The notes beneath the pieces were generated by a model that ran no database searches, had not been told where the DNA came from, and saw only the letters and a list, made by a program, of their open reading frames with translations. The translations under genes and the position numbers were made by a program. Shown in pieces: positions 15,415 through 19,586 of a DNA stretch of 19,586 nt (positions are counted from its first letter, which is position 1; each line of letters starts with the position of its first letter). Source of the stretch: Candidatus Eiseniibacteriota bacterium (GTDB taxonomy: Bacteria; ARS69); the NCBI GenBank assembly GCA_052390515.1, contig JBQTGV010000015.1, positions 1 to 19,586 on the forward strand, read 5' to 3'.

Positions 15415-17486
15415 GAGCCGGGGTCCCGATCACAACCGCGACGTTGCTGGCGCTCTGTTCCTGCGCACCACGCTCCTCCTATCGCGCCGCCGAGACTCCT
15501 CTCGATCGAGCGATCGTTCTCACGGAGCAGGATCAACTCGGCAAGAACCACCCGATCAGCGTTTGGCCCAAGAGTGGCAGTGACGCGCAGGGCGACGTTG
15601 CCGACAGCGTCGCCTACCGCCAACTGGTCGATGAGAACAGTACCGTGCACATCCGCGTGAACAATGAACTGCTCGCAGCAGCGTCTCCGGGCCCCCCGTC
15701 AGGCATCACCGAGCACGCTCACGACCTAGAGACGCGCCAAAGGGACCTGGAGAGGACCATCGCGGCGACGACCCTGTACATGGAAGCGAGGCGATTGGCG
15801 ATCGAGAACTATCTCGCTGCCGAGACGGGCGAAGGCACGGAGGCCACCGAGCGTTTCTTCGCCGCGAGGAGAGAATTCGCGGCGGTGGAAGGGAAGTACC
15901 TCGAAGCACTGGACGGCTTGTTCCCGACTGAGCCGGCGCGGAGGCAACTGGAGACCGCTCTGGAGGGCATCGGCACCGATGAACGTCCTCTCGTGGAGTT
16001 CCTGAGGAGCCAGACCGAGGCGACATCGAGCGAGCTGGCGCAGGTCATGAGGTCTGCGAGTGCGTCGGATCTGAAGTTGCGTCTGGAGGCGATCCTCGAG
16101 GGGCGTGGAGAGCGCAAGCGGGCGGCGATGCACCTCGAGGGATACGACGCCATCGATGCGGGGGAGGTACGACTCCGCGATCCCTCCGGCCTCGATCTGT
16201 CGCCGGAGGAGCGAGAGGCCCTGACCAGGCTGTCGGCGGGAAATCGGAGGATTGCGGATGGGCTGAGACGGATGAAGGAGGGTCAGGCCTCTCTGCGAGA
16301 TGTTCTGCTCGACGTTGGCGGCAGCCTAGCCCGGGACGTGGCTGTACTGGCGGATAGCGCCAGCGCACTCCGAGACGAGCTGACTTCGTCGGCACTGGGA
16401 GGGCGCTTGCAACGGCTGCAAGCGGCCAGTCGGGAGTTGATCGGACAGGCGGCAACCGACGTGGGAGCGTCGGTCGAACCAAAGGTCGCAGCACTCCTGA
16501 GCGAGGCTGAGGCTGCGCTTACCTCGCTCCTCGAAGGGGGAGCATGGAAGGAGCTTCCGGCGCTCATCTCGGGGTTCCGCGACCTTCGCCAACCCGAGGC
16601 TGGCGCGGAGGAGCTCACCGCGTGGATCCTCTCGATTCGTCCTCGGCTTCAAGCCGTGGCAAGCTCCGTGGGCGAGGTGAACGATGTCGCCCAAGCCGTC
16701 CGCGAGATCGAGACATTCGTTCGCGCAGGCTTGAGGGAGCTCGGTCCGGAGGAGTCCGAGCGTGTGCTGGTGCTCTGGGAGACGAGTGCCGCCCGCCAAG
16801 AGATAGAGGATGTGCGGGACCTCTTGGCGCGGGTGCAGGCATTGGCCGGTCGTCTTCGCGATGCCGCGGTGGCGTTCGGGGCCGTACCCGCGCTTGCCGG
16901 GGTTCCGATTCCAGGTCAGGTAGAAGTACCCGTGGCGGAGGCACCCGACACCGCCCTCCAGATTGCCGCGACGCCGAGACTGGAGGGCGACCAATTCACG
17001 ATCAAGGCGACTCTTCTTCGCGGCGACCAACCCGTCCAGCAGGTGACAACGACACTGCTGGTTCAACGGTTCGGTTGGCGGGGATCGTTGAAGCCGGCGG
17101 TGGTCGTTCTGAGGCCGGACCGGTTCACTGGCGGGAGCGAGCGGAGAACCTGGTCGACGGGCGTCGCGTGGCTCTGGCGCCATTCCCCGCGGGGGGACGA
17201 CGGAGGCAGTCGGCGCGCGTTCACGTCTGCACTGCGACCCGCGGTCGGGCCGCACGCCATGTTCCTCAATTTCGATCCGGACTCGAAGCAAGACATAGGG
17301 TTCGGGGTGACCCTCAGTCTCTTGGACGGCGTCGTCCAGGCCGGCGCCGGATGGAACCCGTTCGCACAGACGGAGTCCGACGGGCGGTACTACTACTCCT
17401 TCGGGTCCGACCTCTTCGGGCTCCTGCAGGACTTGAGTCGTGCCGGCGGCGAGACGAGCGGGGGCACGGCGGAGACGAGTCCCTAA
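15411..17486 (+). CDS. Hypothetical putative lipoprotein, 691 aa, with long helical middle and beta-rich C-terminus
   Basis: SD aggag, ATGA-coupled start; MRAGVPITTATLLALCSC (signal peptide with lipobox-like LCS-C18); Leu/Ala/Glu/Arg-rich helices; C-terminal alternating hydrophobic/aromatic strands. Confidence 0.8.
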   Translation: MRAGVPITTATLLALCSCAPRSSYRAAETPLDRAIVLTEQDQLGKNHPISVWPKSGSDAQGDVADSVAYRQLVDENSTVHIRVNNELLAAASPGPPSGITEHAHDLETRQRDLERTIAATTLYMEARRLAIENYLAAETGEGTEATERFFAARREFAAVEGKYLEALDGLFPTEPARRQLETALEGIGTDERPLVEFLRSQTEATSSELAQVMRSASASDLKLRLEAILEGRGERKRAAMHLEGYDAIDAGEVRLRDPSGLDLSPEEREALTRLSAGNRRIADGLRRMKEGQASLRDVLLDVGGSLARDVAVLADSASALRDELTSSALGGRLQRLQAASRELIGQAATDVGASVEPKVAALLSEAEAALTSLLEGGAWKELPALISGFRDLRQPEAGAEELTAWILSIRPRLQAVASSVGEVNDVAQAVREIETFVRAGLRELGPEESERVLVLWETSAARQEIEDVRDLLARVQALAGRLRDAAVAFGAVPALAGVPIPGQVEVPVAEAPDTALQIAATPRLEGDQFTIKATLLRGDQPVQQVTTTLLVQRFGWRGSLKPAVVVLRPDRFTGGSERRTWSTGVAWLWRHSPRGDDGGSRRAFTSALRPAVGPHAMFLNFDPDSKQDIGFGVTLSLLDGVVQAGAGWNPFAQTESDGRYYYSFGSDLFGLLQDLSRAGGETSGGTAETSP

Positions 17487-17595
17487 GTGATGTTCGCGCG
17501 GAGAAGACCCGCCAGGACAGGGCAACAGGAGAGGGAGGATTGCGGATATGGTCCGCAAGACCGTTTAGGCCAGTTCATCGCACGGAGGGCGGCGA

Positions 17596-18204
17596 TTGGA
17601 TCCGAACGTCATTGATCCGAACTTCATTCACCTGGACTGGGAGCGCTCGATCGATGCGATCGCTCTGGTCGCGCTGGTGGCGATCCTCGTCGAGCGCGCG
17701 CTGTCGCTCCTGTTCGAGAGCCGCTTGTACATCGAGCGTCTGGACCGCGACGGCCTGAAGGAGACGATCGCGCTCGCGCTTTCGGTGGCGACGTGCCGCT
17801 TCTGGGACCTGGACGTGGTGAGCATGATCGTTCTCACGAAGCCTCAGACGCAGCTCTGGGGTTACCTCATCACCGGGGCGGTGGTCGCCGGCGGCAGCAA
17901 GGGCTCCCAGAAGCTGTTCCAGGACCTGCTCGATCTGCAGAGCTCCGCCTTCCGCGCGCGGTACTCGATTCAAGCCGCGAAGGCCGCCGAGGAAGCGGAG
18001 AAGGCCGAGATGGCCGCAGAGGCCGCCCCGAGCCGCGCCACGGCGGAGGTCGCCAAAGAGAAGGCGGCGGCCGCGGTGCGAAAGGCGGTGACCGCCGCCT
18101 CCAAGGCGGAGTTCAAGGGGCACATCGTGCCGGCGACCTCCGTGGCGAAGGCGGAAGCCGCCCTCGCGCGGGCCGCCGCGGCCGCGCGGTCGAAGGAGAC
18201 GTAG
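17596..18204 (+). CDS. Small 3-TM membrane protein (holin-like) with Ala/Glu/Lys-rich tail, 202 aa
   Basis: SD ggaggg + TTG; hydrophobic segments IDAIALVALVAILVERALSLLF, IALALSVATCRFW, WGYLITGAVVAGGSK. The ORF is solid; the holin label is by resemblance only. Confidence 0.7.
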   Translation: MDPNVIDPNFIHLDWERSIDAIALVALVAILVERALSLLFESRLYIERLDRDGLKETIALALSVATCRFWDLDVVSMIVLTKPQTQLWGYLITGAVVAGGSKGSQKLFQDLLDLQSSAFRARYSIQAAKAAEEAEKAEMAAEAAPSRATAEVAKEKAAAAVRKAVTAASKAEFKGHIVPATSVAKAEAALARAAAAARSKET

Positions 18205-18208
18205 GGTC

Positions 18209-19276
18209 GTGCGAGCGGTCGTCCTCTCCATCGTCCTCGGCGCCGCCTTCGCTCTCCCGTCCCGCGCGGACTACGTGGAAGTGCGCCGCGCCGCGACGAT
18301 CAAGTCCGGCGCGTCCGGCGATGCCGGCGTCGTGGCCCGACCGCCGGTCGGAATGGACTTGCCCCTGGCGCAACCCGGACAGACGAACGGGTACTACCGC
18401 GTCACCATTCCTCCGGATCTCGGGAGCGCCGCTACCGAGGGGTTCATCTACCGGACCCTCGTGCGCGGCTTCCCCGGCGATCCACCGGGGAGCGGGACGA
18501 CGACTCCCGTCGCGGTGTCGAGCGGCGCCGTCTACCGGGGGATTCCGATCAACGAGTTCCCGGAGTTCGCGATCACGGTGCTGGACAAGGGCAACTTCGT
18601 CGTCGGCTACTGCGACGACTTCCGGAACCCCGCCTGGGTCTCCTACCACGTCGGCCCCGCGACCGACTTCCGGAACTTCCCGAGTCCCGCGTTCCGAACC
18701 GATGCAAGCACGGCCGCCCGCGTGCGCGATGGGGACTACACCAACAGCGGATTCGACCGGGGACACATGGCACCGAAGTTCGCGCTCGGCTCTCGGTTCG
18801 GCGCGGAGGGGGCGCGAAGCACGTTCGTCATGTCGAACGTCGCCCCGCAGTACCACACGCTCAACGACGGACAGTGGGGCGATCTGGAGGAGTGGATCGC
18901 GGGCAGGAAGCCACCCAACGCGACGGCCGCCAACTTCATCCGGGGGTGGGCGGACGAGCTCGGCGGAGTGTGGGTCACCGTGGGGCCGCTGTTCGAAGAG
19001 GAGAGGGACGCGCTGCCGGCCGGGATCCCGGTGCCGAGCGGGTTCTTCAGCATCGTGGTGGACGAGCAGGCGAACGGACAGCCCAGGGCGCTCGCGTTCA
19101 TCATGCCGCACGTCGACGAGCGCGTGGACAGTCTCACGGGGTTCTTGAGGAGCATCGACGAGATCGAGGCGCGCGCAGGTCTCGACTTCTTCCACGAGCT
19201 GCCGAACTCGACGGAGGACGCCCTGGAGGGAGCTGCGGCGACGGAGCTGTGGCCCCTTCCTGTCGCACCGAACTAG
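18209..19276 (+). CDS. Secreted DNA/RNA non-specific endonuclease (NucA/EndoG-type beta-beta-alpha-Me) with N-terminal SH3b-like domain, 355 aa
   Basis: Signal peptide MRAVVLSIVLGAAFALPSRA; SH3b-like ATIKSGAS…NGYYRV; catalytic YTNSGFDRGHMAP, TFVMSNVAPQ…LN…W..LE; VTVGP, IPVPSGFF, SIDEIE…GLDFF. Confidence 0.93.
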   Translation: MRAVVLSIVLGAAFALPSRADYVEVRRAATIKSGASGDAGVVARPPVGMDLPLAQPGQTNGYYRVTIPPDLGSAATEGFIYRTLVRGFPGDPPGSGTTTPVAVSSGAVYRGIPINEFPEFAITVLDKGNFVVGYCDDFRNPAWVSYHVGPATDFRNFPSPAFRTDASTAARVRDGDYTNSGFDRGHMAPKFALGSRFGAEGARSTFVMSNVAPQYHTLNDGQWGDLEEWIAGRKPPNATAANFIRGWADELGGVWVTVGPLFEEERDALPAGIPVPSGFFSIVVDEQANGQPRALAFIMPHVDERVDSLTGFLRSIDEIEARAGLDFFHELPNSTEDALEGAAATELWPLPVAPN

Positions 19277-19350
19277 CTCCGTCTCGAGAGACGTGTCACG
19301 GGTGGCCGAGCGTCGTGGCCGCCGGCGAAGGAGCATGAGGGAGCCGGGCG

Positions 19351-19586
19351 ATGGATCCGACGTTCCACAACGTCCACATCCACACGTTCACGAGTCGGCA
19401 CGTGCCGGACGGGTTTCTCTGGCCTGGCGTGATGCCGTTCCTCCGAACGCGCTTTGGCGGCAAGGCTCTCCGCTGGGTCGTCCGGACGATCCGGACGCTG
19501 CTCCGGCAGCCGCGGTTCGGTCGGATGGAACGCGTGGCGGCCTTCGCGAGCATCGGGAACCTTCGCCTCGAGAACCAGGACCAGCC
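19351..19586 (+). CDS. Amidohydrolase-superfamily protein, N-terminal part (truncated by window end)
   Basis: Not in the ORF track. SD gaggga (19337-19342), ATG 19351, open to the window end: MDPTFHNVHIHTFTSRHVPDGFL… with the N-terminal HxH metal motif. Confidence 0.65.
   Translation, partial: MDPTFHNVHIHTFTSRHVPDGFLWPGVMPFLRTRFGGKALRWVVRTIRTLLRQPRFGRMERVAAFASIGNLRLENQDQ

Overview
High-GC bacterial chromosomal window with three parts. (1) Housekeeping block, 147-5789 (+): der-plsY-gpsA-MerR-family gene-tRNA-Pro(GGG)-surE-pcm-tRNA-Pro(CGG)-apt. A structured 150-bp spacer then separates apt from a convergent M24 Xaa-Pro peptidase gene (-). (2) A tightly coupled + strand unit, 7288-13694: kptA/Tpt1, a MacA-like adaptor, two MacB/FtsX-type ABC permeases (no ATPase gene in the unit) and an ArnT/PMT-like glycosyltransferase with TPRs. 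It ends at tRNA-Arg(CCT). (3) An accessory region after tRNA-Arg, with no integrase visible. It holds a DUF4386-like membrane protein (-) and a divergent + strand cluster: sigma70-like promoter, ~190-nt structured leader with two AUCCCC loops, 117-aa hypothetical, 691-aa putative lipoprotein (helical middle, amphipathic beta-strand C-terminus, AGG/AGA-rich), 3-TM holin-like protein, secreted SH3 + DNA/RNA non-specific endonuclease, and an amidohydrolase cut by the window end. This last cluster is the best candidate for an undescribed system. All calls come from manual motif reading; no searches or folding programs were run.
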